DNA of 64,000 nt. Source: a candidate division WOR-1 bacterium RIFOXYB2_FULL_45_9. GTDB lineage: Bacteria; Margulisbacteria; WOR-1; O2-12-FULL-45-9; XYB2-FULL-48-7. The stretch lies in NCBI GenBank assembly GCA_001771575.1, contig MEUD01000001.1:768815-832814 (forward strand), in the 5' to 3' direction. Of this stretch, positions 17,973 through 27,336 are shown piece after piece; positions within the stretch are counted from its first letter, which is position 1; each line of letters opens with the position of its first letter. Under the pieces are notes generated by a model. It made no database searches and was not told the DNA's origin. It saw only the letters and a program-made list of their open reading frames with translations. Made by a program: the position numbers and the translations under genes.

Positions 17973-18991
17973 AAAAGCTCCCCTTTCTCGACCGTTTCCT
18001 GACCATCTGGATCTTTTTCGCTATGGCGATCGGCGTCATCTCCGGCTTCTTTCAACCAGGCCTCACTAAATTAGTCTCCGGCTGGCAGATCGGTTCGACC
18101 TCGATCCCCATCGCCATCGGCCTGATCCTGATGATGTACCCGTCGCTAGCCAAAGTAAAATACGAAGAACTATTCGATGTTTTCAAGGATACTAGAGTTT
18201 TACTCCTCTCCCTGGTCCAAAACTGGCTGATCGGCCCGTTCCTGATGTTCTTTCTCGCGCTGCTCTTCCTGCGGAGCTTTCCGGAATACATGATTGGGTT
18301 GATCCTGATCGGCTTGGCTCGTTGCATCGCCATGGTGATCGTCTGGAATGACCTGGCAGACGGGGACACCGAGTATGCCGCCGGCCTTGTCGCCTTCAAC
18401 AGCCTCTTCCAGGTCTTTTTCTACAGTTTTTACGCCTGGGTCTTTATTACCTACCTCCCCCCTCTTTTTGGCCTTAAGGGGCTCGCCGTTGATATTTCGA
18501 TCGTCTCGGTCGCGCAAAGCGTCTTTATTTATCTCGGTCTCCCCTTCCTGGCCGGGATCATCACCCGCCTCACGCTGGTTAAGATGAAAGGCGAAGCGTG
18601 GTATGACCAAAAATTCATTCCGCGGATCAGTCCGCTCACTTTGATCTCCCTGCTGTTCACCATCCTGATCATGTTCAGCTTAAAGGGGGAACTGATCATC
18701 CAAATCCCAAGGGATGTGGTCAGGATCGCCGTCCCGCTGGTCATTTACTTCGTGGCGATGTTCTTTATCAGTTTTTACTTAAGCCGGATGGTCGGCGCTA
18801 CTTTGAAAAAATCGACCACCCTTTCTTTTACCGCGGCCAGCAACAACTTTGAATTGGCGATCGCCGTCGCCATCGCGGTCTTCGGCCTCAATTCGGGGCA
18901 GGCATTCGCGGCGGTCATCGGTCCCTTGGTTGAGGTCCCGGTCATGATCGGTCTGGTCAACGTCGCGCGGCGACTAAAAGGAGAAAAATGA
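17969..18991 (+). CDS. acr3: arsenite efflux transporter, ACR3 family
   Basis: 340 aa, about 10 TM segments. [12 protein letters not shown] and GLARCIAMV (conserved Cys) motifs of Acr3. Confidence 0.9.
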   Translation: MKKLPFLDRFLTIWIFFAMAIGVISGFFQPGLTKLVSGWQIGSTSIPIAIGLILMMYPSLAKVKYEELFDVFKDTRVLLLSLVQNWLIGPFLMFFLALLFLRSFPEYMIGLILIGLARCIAMVIVWNDLADGDTEYAAGLVAFNSLFQVFFYSFYAWVFITYLPPLFGLKGLAVDISIVSVAQSVFIYLGLPFLAGIITRLTLVKMKGEAWYDQKFIPRISPLTLISLLFTILIMFSLKGELIIQIPRDVVRIAVPLVIYFVAMFFISFYLSRMVGATLKKSTTLSFTAASNNFELAIAVAIAVFGLNSGQAFAAVIGPLVEVPVMIGLVNVARRLKGEK

Positions 18992-19785
18992 AAGGCAATA
19001 AGATGGAAAAAAAAGCAAACGAGATCAAAAAAATAGTCAAAGAGGGTTACGCTAAAGTCGCCGGCCAAGGGACCTCCTGCTGTTCATCCGGGTCCTGCTG
19101 TCGCTCCGCCGGCTCGCCCCAAAATATTAGTAAAATCATCGGCTATAGCGAAGCGGAGATAAGCGCCGCTCCAGACGGCGCCAATCTGGGCCTCGGCTGC
19201 GGCAACCCGGTCGCCATCGCCTCGCTTAAAGAAGGCGACATTGTGCTTGATCTGGGAAGCGGCCCGGGCTTTGACGCTTTTCTCGCCGCCCGGCGGGTCG
19301 GTCGGACCGGACGCGTCATCGGCGTTGATATGACGCCGGAAATGCTGGCCAGAGCGAGGGCCAACGCCCAAAAAGGGGACTTTGGCAACGTGGAGTTCCG
19401 CCTTGGCGAAATAGAAAATTTGCCGGTCAAGGACGGCTCGATCGACGTGATCATTTCCAATTGCGTGATCAATCTCTCGCCCGACAAAGCAGCGGTGTTC
19501 AAAGAAGCTTTCCGGGTCTTAAAGCCGGGCGGCCGGCTTATGGTCTCCGACCTGGCGCTGGTCAGCGAACTGCCGGCCGCGGTTAAAGAGTCGATCGAGG
19601 CTTACGTCGGCTGTTTGGCCGGAGCGATCGAGGCGGACGCCTACCTGGAATTAATTGCCGCCGCCGGATTCCAGGAGGTTTCAATCGTCAGCCGGTCGGC
19701 TTATCCAACCGATGGACTGTCCGACGAATTAAAAGCGGCCGGCAACGCCGTAGCCAGTATCAAGGTCTCGGCCTTAAAACCTTAA
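18988..19785 (+). CDS. arsM: arsenite S-adenosylmethionine methyltransferase
   Basis: N-terminal Cys cluster ([10 protein letters not shown]), [14 protein letters not shown] motif, [11 protein letters not shown] conserved Cys. Confidence 0.85.
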   Translation: MKGNKMEKKANEIKKIVKEGYAKVAGQGTSCCSSGSCCRSAGSPQNISKIIGYSEAEISAAPDGANLGLGCGNPVAIASLKEGDIVLDLGSGPGFDAFLAARRVGRTGRVIGVDMTPEMLARARANAQKGDFGNVEFRLGEIENLPVKDGSIDVIISNCVINLSPDKAAVFKEAFRVLKPGGRLMVSDLALVSELPAAVKESIEAYVGCLAGAIEADAYLELIAAAGFQEVSIVSRSAYPTDGLSDELKAAGNAVASIKVSALKP

Positions 19786-19798
19786 AGGAGAAAAAAAC

Positions 19799-20200
19799 AT
19801 GGATAAAATTAAGCTCTTGTTTGTTTGCGTTGAAAATTCCTGCCGCTCACAAATGGCGGAGGGATTCGCCAAAAAATATGGGGGCGACAAGATCGAGGCG
19901 TATTCAGCCGGATCAAAGCCGTCCGGGACCGTTAATCCAGATGCCGTCAAAGTCATGGGCGAAATAGGTATTGATATTTCCGAACAAAACTCGAAAGGGT
20001 TCATGGACCTGCCTTATCAGGCCTTTGATTATATAGTAACCATGGGGTGCAAGGACACCTGTCCCTATTTCCCCGCCAGAGAAAAGATCGACTGGCAGAT
20101 CGAGGACCCGAAAGAAAAAGGGCCGGATTTCTTTAGGAAAGTCAGGGACAAGATCGGGGAGAAGGTAAAAACAATAATTGATAAGCTGGAGGAGAAATAA
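19799..20200 (+). CDS. arsC: arsenate reductase, LMW-PTP (thioredoxin-coupled) type
   Basis: 133 aa. LLFVCVENSCRSQMAEG P-loop (CX5R) plus downstream Cys residues. Confidence 0.9.
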   Translation: MDKIKLLFVCVENSCRSQMAEGFAKKYGGDKIEAYSAGSKPSGTVNPDAVKVMGEIGIDISEQNSKGFMDLPYQAFDYIVTMGCKDTCPYFPAREKIDWQIEDPKEKGPDFFRKVRDKIGEKVKTIIDKLEEK

Positions 20201-20291
20201 ATGTTAACGATCGAATGACAAAGGCTTGTCATCGACAAAGAGACCTGTCCAAACCTTAAAGCTCTGCGCGCTGTCGTTCTTTTCTCTAAAA

Positions 20292-21896
20292 TCAGCTTTT
20301 TATTGTACTTTCTGGGGAATCCAACAATCGTATGGACGGGTTTTTTTCTGAAAAATAATTTAAAGACCATTCGGCGGTAAACAGTAGAACTCTGCGGCCC
20401 TGATCATCATGTGCCATGATCGATCCCTGCGGCAGAAGATTTACCAGCTTTTCGTTTTCAAGCGAAGATTCCACCCACCTTAAAACTTTCCATGGCATCA
20501 TCTCCAGCCGGGAATTCGCCTTGTACTCGTCTTTCAAGCGGTATTGAAAAACCTCAAATTGCAAAGGACCTACCGCGCCCAAAAGCGGGGTAGTCTGCTG
20601 TGAATTATGAGGAAAAAATGCCTGGACAATGTCTTCGGCAAGCAGGTGGTCCAGCCCTTTGCGAAAAGGCTTATAAGCTGCGGCGGCATTGTTCTGTAAA
20701 TACCCAAAACATTCCGGGGCAAAGCGAGGGATGGTTTCAAAAGCCAGCTTAGGGTCGGTGCTAATGGTGTCTCCAATGCGAAAGTTGTGTTTGGTGACAA
20801 AACCGATAATGTCTCCCGGATAAGCTTCATCGGCTGTTTCGCGGTCGCGGCCAAAAAGGTTGTACGAGTCGGACAGGGAGATGGTGCGGCCGGACCGGGC
20901 ATGATAGGCTTTCATGTCGCGAATAAACTTGCCCGAACAAACCCGGGCAAAGACCACTCGATCGCGGTGCAGGGGATTCATGTTGATCTGGACCTTAAAA
21001 ACAAAAGAGGAAAAATGCGGATAGTCTACTGCAATCTCTCCGTCTTTTGTCGTTCTGAGCCCCGGGCCTGGAGCGTATTTTACAAAATAATTTAAAAACG
21101 ATTCTACGCCAAAATTATTGGCCGCACTGCCAAAAAAAACCGGCGTGGATCTCCCCTGTAAAATTTCCGTCAGGTCAAAGCCGGCGTGGGCGACATCGAG
21201 CATTTCCAGCTCTTCAACTACCTCGCGGTAAATATGTTCATTTAGAATGTTCTTTACTTGAGGATCGTTAAGATCGCGCACAAAAACCGGCGCGCGGTAT
21301 GAGCCGCCCGGAACCCGCTCAAAAAGATGCACTTCTTTTTTCATGCGGTCATAAACGCCCTTAAAATCAGGACCGTTGCCCAGGGGCCAATTAACCGGAT
21401 AAGCGTGCAGGTTAAGGACTTTCTCCAATTCGTCTATCAGGTCCAGCGGAGATTTTGCCGACCGATCGAGTTTGTTAATAAAGGTAAATATCGGCAGTCC
21501 GCGCTTGCGGCATATTTCAAAAAGCTTGCGGGTTTGGCTTTCAATGCCTTTGCCGGCATCAATTACCATAACAACCGAGTCAACAGCCATCAGCACCCGA
21601 TAGGTATCTTCTGAAAAGTCTTTATGGCCCGGCGTATCCAGCAGATTTAAACGATGATCATCATATTCAAACTGTAAGACCGTAGAAGAAATGGAAATAC
21701 CACGCTTTTTTTCCAGCTCCATCCAGTCCGAGGCGGTTTCCCGCTGTTTCTTTTTTGCGGTTACCGACCCGGCCAAATTAAGCGCTCCTCCGTAAAGCAG
21801 CAGCTTTTCGGTCAGGGTCGTTTTTCCAGCATCCGGGTGCGAAATGATCGCAAAGGTTTTTCGACGCGAGGATTCTCTTTTTATCTGATTGTCCAT
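20292..21896 (-). CDS. prfC: peptide chain release factor 3
   Basis: 534 aa. RRKTFAIISHPDAGKTTLTEKLL, DTPGHKDF, NKLD; RF3 length. Confidence 0.95.
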   Translation of the reverse strand: MDNQIKRESSRRKTFAIISHPDAGKTTLTEKLLLYGGALNLAGSVTAKKKQRETASDWMELEKKRGISISSTVLQFEYDDHRLNLLDTPGHKDFSEDTYRVLMAVDSVVMVIDAGKGIESQTRKLFEICRKRGLPIFTFINKLDRSAKSPLDLIDELEKVLNLHAYPVNWPLGNGPDFKGVYDRMKKEVHLFERVPGGSYRAPVFVRDLNDPQVKNILNEHIYREVVEELEMLDVAHAGFDLTEILQGRSTPVFFGSAANNFGVESFLNYFVKYAPGPGLRTTKDGEIAVDYPHFSSFVFKVQINMNPLHRDRVVFARVCSGKFIRDMKAYHARSGRTISLSDSYNLFGRDRETADEAYPGDIIGFVTKHNFRIGDTISTDPKLAFETIPRFAPECFGYLQNNAAAAYKPFRKGLDHLLAEDIVQAFFPHNSQQTTPLLGAVGPLQFEVFQYRLKDEYKANSRLEMMPWKVLRWVESSLENEKLVNLLPQGSIMAHDDQGRRVLLFTAEWSLNYFSEKNPSIRLLDSPESTIKS

Positions 21897-21940
21897 ATTG
21901 CTTAATTAATCTATACTATCTACCGGGTTTCCTGTCAAGC

Positions 21941-22051
21941 TCTGTGATCGGCGGCATGCTGGCGGCGACACTGCTGACCCTGTTTGTGATCCCATCTGTC
22001 TATCTGATCTTTTATCCGCAAAAAGAGAGATCAATGGAGCATAAAAAATAA
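21941..22051 (+). pseudogene. remnant of the last transmembrane helix/C-terminus of an RND efflux pump
   Basis: In-frame translation SVIGGMLAATLLTLFVIPSVYLIFYPQKERSMEHKK* matches the conserved TM12 end of AcrB/CzcA-type pumps (GG..ssTlLTL.v.P.lY). There is no upstream pump body; the prfC start is 45 nt away on the other strand. Confidence 0.55.
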
Positions 22052-22522
22052 ATGCAGATTCTTATCGCAATTACCGTAATTTGTATATTTCTTTCCCTGG
22101 CAGTTGACCAAAAAATAACTATTGAGGGAATAACACGAGGCTTGAAGATGTTCTTTGACCTCCTCCCTTCCCTGCTGACCGTCCTGGCCCTGGTGAGTGT
22201 TTTTCTTTACCTGGTCCCGGACGAAACGATCATTTTACTCCTGGGGAGCAAAAGCGGCGCGATGGGAATAGCTATCGCCGCGATGGTTGGGTCAATCGCT
22301 CTTATCCCCGCGTTTATCGCTTTTCCAATAGCTAAGATCCTTATGGTCAAGGGAGTTTCATACCCGGTAGTGGCGGTCTTTATTACCACTTTGATCATGG
22401 TCGGAGTTTTAACCCTCCCCATCGAAATAAAGTACTTCGGCAAAAAAGCGGCGCTCATGAGGAACGGCTTGAGCTTCTTTGGCGCCTTAATTGTCGGACT
22501 GCTGATCGGAATATTTTTATGA
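22052..22522 (+). CDS. predicted permease, first half of a two-ORF pair
   Basis: 156 aa, about 5 TM segments. 4-nt overlap with the next ORF. Resembles split DUF318/ArsP-type permeases by eye only. Confidence 0.5.
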   Translation: MQILIAITVICIFLSLAVDQKITIEGITRGLKMFFDLLPSLLTVLALVSVFLYLVPDETIILLLGSKSGAMGIAIAAMVGSIALIPAFIAFPIAKILMVKGVSYPVVAVFITTLIMVGVLTLPIEIKYFGKKAALMRNGLSFFGALIVGLLIGIFL

Positions 22523-23037
22523 TCGGCAAAAACCACCTAAAAGCTTATTTCTGGACAATATTGTTTGCCATTTTTATTATCGGCTCCCTGGCACTTAGTT
22601 TTGACCCGGGCCTCAAGATCTACGCTAATTTCAGCGAGTTCTTTCTGGAAATGATCACCTTCCTGCCGCTCATGTTTTTGCTGGTCGGCCTCTTTGACGT
22701 CTGGATCCCCAAGGAAAAAATTGAAAAGCATATCGGCCATGGATCGGGGATAGGAGGAACTTTGTGGGTGATCCTTTTAGCCACGCTTCAGGCCGGGCCG
22801 CTCTACGGCGCTTTCCCTGTGGCTTATATCCTTTCCCAAAAAGGGGCGAGCGTAAGGAACATTTTCATCTATCTTGGCGTTTTCAGCGCCATGAAGATCC
22901 CGATGCTCACCTTTGAGATCGGCTTTCTCGGCCTAAAGTTCTCCATCCTCCGCACTCTGTTCTCCCTGCCGATCTTTATCACTATCGGTTTTATAATGGA
23001 AAGGTACTTAGACAAAGATTATAAGGTTACGACTTGA
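22519..23037 (+). CDS. predicted permease, second half of the pair
   Basis: 172 aa, polytopic. Translationally coupled to 22052..22522. Confidence 0.5.
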   Translation: MIGKNHLKAYFWTILFAIFIIGSLALSFDPGLKIYANFSEFFLEMITFLPLMFLLVGLFDVWIPKEKIEKHIGHGSGIGGTLWVILLATLQAGPLYGAFPVAYILSQKGASVRNIFIYLGVFSAMKIPMLTFEIGFLGLKFSILRTLFSLPIFITIGFIMERYLDKDYKVTT

Positions 23038-23070
23038 TTTTTTCCCCTCCCCTTTGCATAATATCGTTAT

Positions 23071-24591
23071 ATGGCTGAAGCGCGGCAAAAATGGGGGACC
23101 AAGCTCGGCATCATCCTGGCAGTGGCCGGATCGGCCGTAGGCTTGGGTAACTTTCTCCGTTTCCCGGTCCAGGCGGCGCAAAACGGGGGCGGCGCTTTTC
23201 TTATTCCCTACTTTATCTCTTTCGTCCTGCTCGGCATCCCGCTGATGTGGATCGAATGGGCGATCGGCCGGCACGGCGGCCTATTTGGCCACGGCAGTGC
23301 CCCACTGATACTGAACCGCTTGTGGAAAAACCGGCTGGCAAAATATCTTGGCGTGGTCGGGGTTTTTGGACCGATTGTCATTTTTCTTTATTACACTTAC
23401 ATCGAATCATGGCTTCTGGGCTACGCTTTTTTCTCCCTGACCGGCCAGCTTTTTAAAGCGATCACCCCTGAAGCGATGAAAGGCTTTCTTTCCGCCTATC
23501 AGGGACTGGCGCCGGGAAGCAACCTGGCCACCGCCTACCTCTTCTTTTTTGTCACTTTTCTGATCAATTTCTATTTTATCTACCGCGGGATCCAGGGAGG
23601 GATAGAATTACTCTGCAAGATCGCGATGCCGATCCTGTTTTTCTTCGGCTTTATCCTGGCGGCCAGAGTACTGATGATACCGAACATCATCGACGGGCTG
23701 GGTTTCCTTTGGAACCCTGATTTTTCGGTCCTGACCAGCGCCAAAGTCTGGATGGCGGCGGCCGGGCAGATCTTCTTTACCTTAAGCGTTGGGATCGGGG
23801 TGATCCTGACCTATGCCAGTTACCTTAAAAAGGGGGACGACGTCGCTCTATCCGGATTGACCGCCGCTTCGACCAACGAATTGGCCGAAGTTGTCTTAGG
23901 CGGGACGATCGTTATCCCAGCCGCTTTTGTCTTTTTTGGCGCGGCAGGAGCGACCGCGGCGGCCGCCAGCGGCGCCTTTAACCTCGGCTTCGTCACCATG
24001 CCGCTGATCTTCGGACAAATTGATTTTGGCGGTTTTTTCGCCTTATTGTGGTTCGCCCTCCTTTTTTTGGCCGGGATCACCTCTTCAGTTTCATTATTGG
24101 CCCCCGCCGTCGCTTTCTTTTCCGATGATTTCGGCCTGACCAGAAAAAAAGCGGTCCTCTGGCTGGGAGGGATCCTGTTCATCCTCTGCCAGTTCCCGGT
24201 CTTCTTCCTGGGGCGCGGCGTGGTCGATGAGCTTGATTTTTGGGGTGGGACCTTTTCTCTGGTCCTTTTCGGCACGATCGAGACGATCATTTTTGTCTGG
24301 TTCTTTGGGATCGAAAAAGCGTGGGACGAGATCCACAGCGGGGCGGAAATGCGGATCCCCGGGTTTTACAAACCGATCATTCGCTACGTTACCCCTGTCT
24401 TCTTGCTCCTGATTCTCGGCTTCTGGTTTTTTCAACAGGGACTTCCGGTCATCATGATGCAAGGAGTAGCCGAGGCGAATAAACCTTATGTATTGGCGAC
24501 CAGGATCGGTCTTATCTTATTATTTATCTCGATAGCGCTGGCAGTCAGGATCGCTTATTATCGCAAAAAGCGGGCGGGAGAGTTGGAATGA
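23071..24591 (+). CDS. sodium-dependent transporter, NSS (SNF) family
   Basis: 506 aa. GIILAVAGSAVGLGNFLRFPVQAAQNGGGAFLIPY is the NSS TM1 signature. Confidence 0.9.
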   Translation: MAEARQKWGTKLGIILAVAGSAVGLGNFLRFPVQAAQNGGGAFLIPYFISFVLLGIPLMWIEWAIGRHGGLFGHGSAPLILNRLWKNRLAKYLGVVGVFGPIVIFLYYTYIESWLLGYAFFSLTGQLFKAITPEAMKGFLSAYQGLAPGSNLATAYLFFFVTFLINFYFIYRGIQGGIELLCKIAMPILFFFGFILAARVLMIPNIIDGLGFLWNPDFSVLTSAKVWMAAAGQIFFTLSVGIGVILTYASYLKKGDDVALSGLTAASTNELAEVVLGGTIVIPAAFVFFGAAGATAAAASGAFNLGFVTMPLIFGQIDFGGFFALLWFALLFLAGITSSVSLLAPAVAFFSDDFGLTRKKAVLWLGGILFILCQFPVFFLGRGVVDELDFWGGTFSLVLFGTIETIIFVWFFGIEKAWDEIHSGAEMRIPGFYKPIIRYVTPVFLLLILGFWFFQQGLPVIMMQGVAEANKPYVLATRIGLILLFISIALAVRIAYYRKKRAGELE

Positions 24592-24695
24592 ACCTTTACG
24601 GCTGGATCTTTATGCTCGGTTCCTGGGGTGCGATCATTACCCTCTGCGCTTACTGTTTCTGGCGGGTCTTTAAGACACCGGAAAAAGATCTCTAA
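24588..24695 (+). CDS. 35-aa single-TM small subunit coupled to the NSS transporter (MetS-like)
   Basis: Below the track size cutoff. The ATG overlaps the transporter stop (ATGA). Translation: MNLYGWIFMLGSWGAIITLCAYCFWRVFKTPEKDL. Confidence 0.55.
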   Translation: MNLYGWIFMLGSWGAIITLCAYCFWRVFKTPEKDL

Positions 24696-25324
24696 GCGAA
24701 AAGGATTATCAACCGTTCATCAATTTCCAACTTCGAAAAGCTGAATTTATCCTTGATCCACTCGAGTGCTTCGCGGCTGTAAAAAAACCGATGGGTCGGG
24801 TCATTCTTGTAAAACCATTCAGAAAAATTGATTGTTTCATCATATAGTCTGGTCAGGCAATAAAGGGCGCCGCCCGGGTTAAGCCGCGAACGGAGGAGCG
24901 AAAACTCCCTGGCCGGCGAGCGAAAATGCTCGATCACTTCGGAGCAGGCGATATAGTCGTAGCTTCGGCTCAAAAGTTCCCGGTTATCGTCAAAAAATGG
25001 GTCATACGAAGCCGCATCATAGCCTTTTTCCCGCAAAAGAGTTGAAACGATCGCGCCGGGACCGGAGCCAAAATCAAGTCCCCGGTCTCCCGGCTTAAAG
25101 CGCTCGGTTATTGCCGTTATTATCGGCGAGACATACTCGCGATAATCGGGGTCGGTCGGGTCGTTATGATGCAAATCATAGCGCTTTTTCTCTTCGGCTG
25201 GTGAGAGGTCATTCTCCGGATCACGAAAGACCGACCCACAGCTATTGCACCTATAAAAGATCGTCCCGCGATGTTCCTGGAAAAGATCGGCGGCAGAAGA
25301 ACATAGGGGGCAAGTGATTTTCAT
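24692..25324 (-). CDS. SAM-dependent methyltransferase with N-terminal Zn-ribbon
   Basis: 210 aa. CPLCSS...CNSCGS ribbon, then GLDFGSGPG motif I. Confidence 0.8.
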   Translation of the reverse strand: MKITCPLCSSAADLFQEHRGTIFYRCNSCGSVFRDPENDLSPAEEKKRYDLHHNDPTDPDYREYVSPIITAITERFKPGDRGLDFGSGPGAIVSTLLREKGYDAASYDPFFDDNRELLSRSYDYIACSEVIEHFRSPAREFSLLRSRLNPGGALYCLTRLYDETINFSEWFYKNDPTHRFFYSREALEWIKDKFSFSKLEIDERLIILFA

Positions 25325-25436
25325 ACAATATTCTACTACTTTGATGGCTATTCGCCATCAATCGATACGAAGTTTTGTCTCCTTAGGCTTTTGGGCTATC
25401 CGCAACCATTGCTTAACCCCTTCTTGTTTGCTGGGT

Positions 25437-25474
25437 GTCCATTTTCTTTTTCTACAGCAAAAAAGAAAATGGAC
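25437..25474. other. 15-bp perfect stem hairpin in the noncoding gap
   Basis: GTCCATTTTCTTTTT (25437-25451), 8-nt loop, AAAAAGAAAATGGAC (25460-25474). Confidence 0.6.
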
Positions 25475-25489
25475 GAAAAGAAAACGCCG

Positions 25490-25526
25490 GCGCATTTCGA
25501 TTTTTCTCAAGGTAAGCGAAATGCGC
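25490..25526. other. 10-bp perfect stem hairpin in the noncoding gap
   Basis: GCGCATTTCG (25490-25499), 17-nt loop, CGAAATGCGC (25517-25526). Confidence 0.6.
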
Positions 25527-25739
25527 GCCCATCCGGAACTTCTATTCTAATCCAGTGCCATTATTAAAGTATTTGCCTCACATAACACTGGGACAAACCG
25601 CTCTTTAGGCGTTTAAAATCAAATATGGCCTTCAAGGGGTTTCTTTAGCGGGGGCATTCTGAAGGCCGGGATCCTTAAGGGGGACCCCCTTATGCAGTTT
25701 CCCTGCCGGCAGGCAGGTCGCGGGTTTCCTTTCTCTTTT

Positions 25740-25763
25740 AACCGCGCAATTCATTGCGCGTTT
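25740..25763. repeat. palindromic intergenic element, copy 3
   Basis: AACCGCGCAATTCATTGCGCGTTT. Perfect 8-bp arms CGCGCAAT / ATTGCGCG at 25743-25760. Same TTTTAACCG left flank as copy 2. Confidence 0.65.
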
Positions 25764-25805
25764 AGCATGGCTGGTTTAGCAGGCAACGGCGGACCGTGTC
25801 GTTGG

Positions 25806-25955
25806 TTATCCAAGTAGCTTATAGACCAGCATCGCCGGCCAGACCATCGCCTTTAGGATGCCGTAAACCCCGTTCCAGAAACTGGTCGAATGCTGAATGT
25901 AGTAGACCAAGGCGCCAAGAAAACCTAAACCGTAAATTCCCCCGCAATCTTTCAT
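25806..25955 (-). CDS. 49-aa small membrane protein downstream of rnfB
   Basis: Below the track cutoff. GGGAGGG RBS 6 nt before the ATG. Translation: MKDCGGIYGLGFLGALVYYIQHSTSFWNGVYGILKAMVWPAMLVYKLLG (two hydrophobic helices). Confidence 0.6.
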   Translation of the reverse strand: MKDCGGIYGLGFLGALVYYIQHSTSFWNGVYGILKAMVWPAMLVYKLLG

Positions 25956-25969
25956 AATAATCCCTCCCG

Positions 25970-26758
25970 CTACTTAACGATGCACTTGGTCGGGCACTTG
26001 GCGATCGCCGGGGCTGGGTCAACCCCTTGAGCGGAATAATCGATAACCGCCAAATTATCAACCACTTTGTAAACCTCGGGGACCGCCTTTTCACATATTT
26101 TACAACCGATACAACCGACCGGACAGATCTTGCGGACCATCGCGCCCGGATCTTTTGACGAACAGGCGATCACCGCGCCAAAATCGTGCGGCACAATGGA
26201 GATGATCCGGCGCGGACAGGCGGCAACACATTTGCCGCAGGAAGTGCATTTATCAGGGTCGACCTTCGGCAGGCCGCCCTCCATGCTGATCGCGTCAAAG
26301 GGACAGACGCAGAAGCAGTCGCCAAAGCCTAAACAGCCAAAGCCGCAAGCCAGTCCCCCGCCCCGCAATTGATGAGCGGCCGAACACTTGGCCACCCCTT
26401 CATAGCGGGCGAGCTTTTTCCGGTCTTTGGTCGTGGCGCCGCAATGGACGGCGGCAATTTTCTTATGGTAATCGCTCGGTACTTCGACCCCCATGATCGA
26501 GCCGATCTTTTCGGCCACTTCCTTCCCGCCGACGACACAACCGCTGATCACGATCTCCCCAAGGGCGACCCGTTCCGCAAAATTATAACAACCGGCCGCG
26601 CCGCAGGCGCCACAGTTGGCCCCCGGCAGGATCGCCGCGATCGCTTCAACTTTTGGATCGACCTCGACCCTGAAATGATCGGCCGCCATCCCAAGCAGGG
26701 CAGCAAAAACAAAGCCGAGCAGGCCTAAAACCATGATCGAAGCTAAAAATATCATCAT
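25970..26758 (-). CDS. rnfB: Rnf complex subunit B (polyferredoxin)
   Basis: N-terminal TM helix, then CGACGAAGC and several CxxCxxCxxxCP 4Fe-4S motifs. The ATGATG start at 26758 overlaps the rnfA stop. The track version (to 26842) would overlap rnfA. Confidence 0.9.
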   Translation of the reverse strand: MMIFLASIMVLGLLGFVFAALLGMAADHFRVEVDPKVEAIAAILPGANCGACGAAGCYNFAERVALGEIVISGCVVGGKEVAEKIGSIMGVEVPSDYHKKIAAVHCGATTKDRKKLARYEGVAKCSAAHQLRGGGLACGFGCLGFGDCFCVCPFDAISMEGGLPKVDPDKCTSCGKCVAACPRRIISIVPHDFGAVIACSSKDPGAMVRKICPVGCIGCKICEKAVPEVYKVVDNLAVIDYSAQGVDPAPAIAKCPTKCIVK

Positions 26759-27336
26759 AACCCGAACATCCTCGTGAAGCCTAAAAAGGCGAGAGACATC
26801 AGCGCCGCGGTAATAAAGGCGATCGGATATCCCTGGAACCATTTGGGGATCGGCGCCAGCGCCGTCCGTTCCCTAACGTAAGCGAACAATATAATGGCCA
26901 ATGAATATCCGCCGGAGACCCCAAGTGAATAAACCATCGATTGGATAAAATTGTATTTGTAATCGATCGCCAGAAAAGCAACCGCCAGAATAGCGCAATT
27001 GGTGGTAATAAGCGGCAGATAAATCCCCATTGCCCGATAGAGGGCTGGGATCGCTTTTTTAAGATAAAGCTCTTCTAGCTGTACCAGCGAAGCGATCGTC
27101 AAGATAAAGACCGCGGTCCGTAAAAATTCCAGGTGGAGGGGGGCAAGGACCGTATTGTAAGCGATCCATGAAATAGCGGAAGAGACGGTCATCACGAATA
27201 TTACCGCCGAGCTCATCCCGATTGAAGTATCCAGCTTGGTCGAAACCCCAAAAAACGAGCAAAGCGCGATGAACCTGATCAATAAAATGTTATTGATCAA
27301 AAAAGCGGCAAAAAATATGCCTAATAATTCGCTCAT
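26755..27336 (-). CDS. rnfA: Rnf complex subunit A
   Basis: 193 aa, 6 TM segments. GIYLPLITTNCAILA motif. Position in rnfCDGEAB order. Confidence 0.95.
   Translation of the reverse strand: MSELLGIFFAAFLINNILLIRFIALCSFFGVSTKLDTSIGMSSAVIFVMTVSSAISWIAYNTVLAPLHLEFLRTAVFILTIASLVQLEELYLKKAIPALYRAMGIYLPLITTNCAILAVAFLAIDYKYNFIQSMVYSLGVSGGYSLAIILFAYVRERTALAPIPKWFQGYPIAFITAALMSLAFLGFTRMFGL

Noticed and set aside
20215-20232. Hairpin ATGACAA-AGGC-TTGTCAT after arsC as a terminator
   Set aside because: The stem is only 7 bp and AT-rich, and no U-tract follows on either strand. It is too weak to call.
25314-25550. 78-aa ORF in the noncoding gap, and the 91-aa ORF at 25819..26094
   Set aside because: Neither has an RBS, and both have biased basic, low-complexity sequence. 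The first is built across hairpin repeats. The second overlaps the better-supported 49-aa gene and the rnfB 3' end in another frame.
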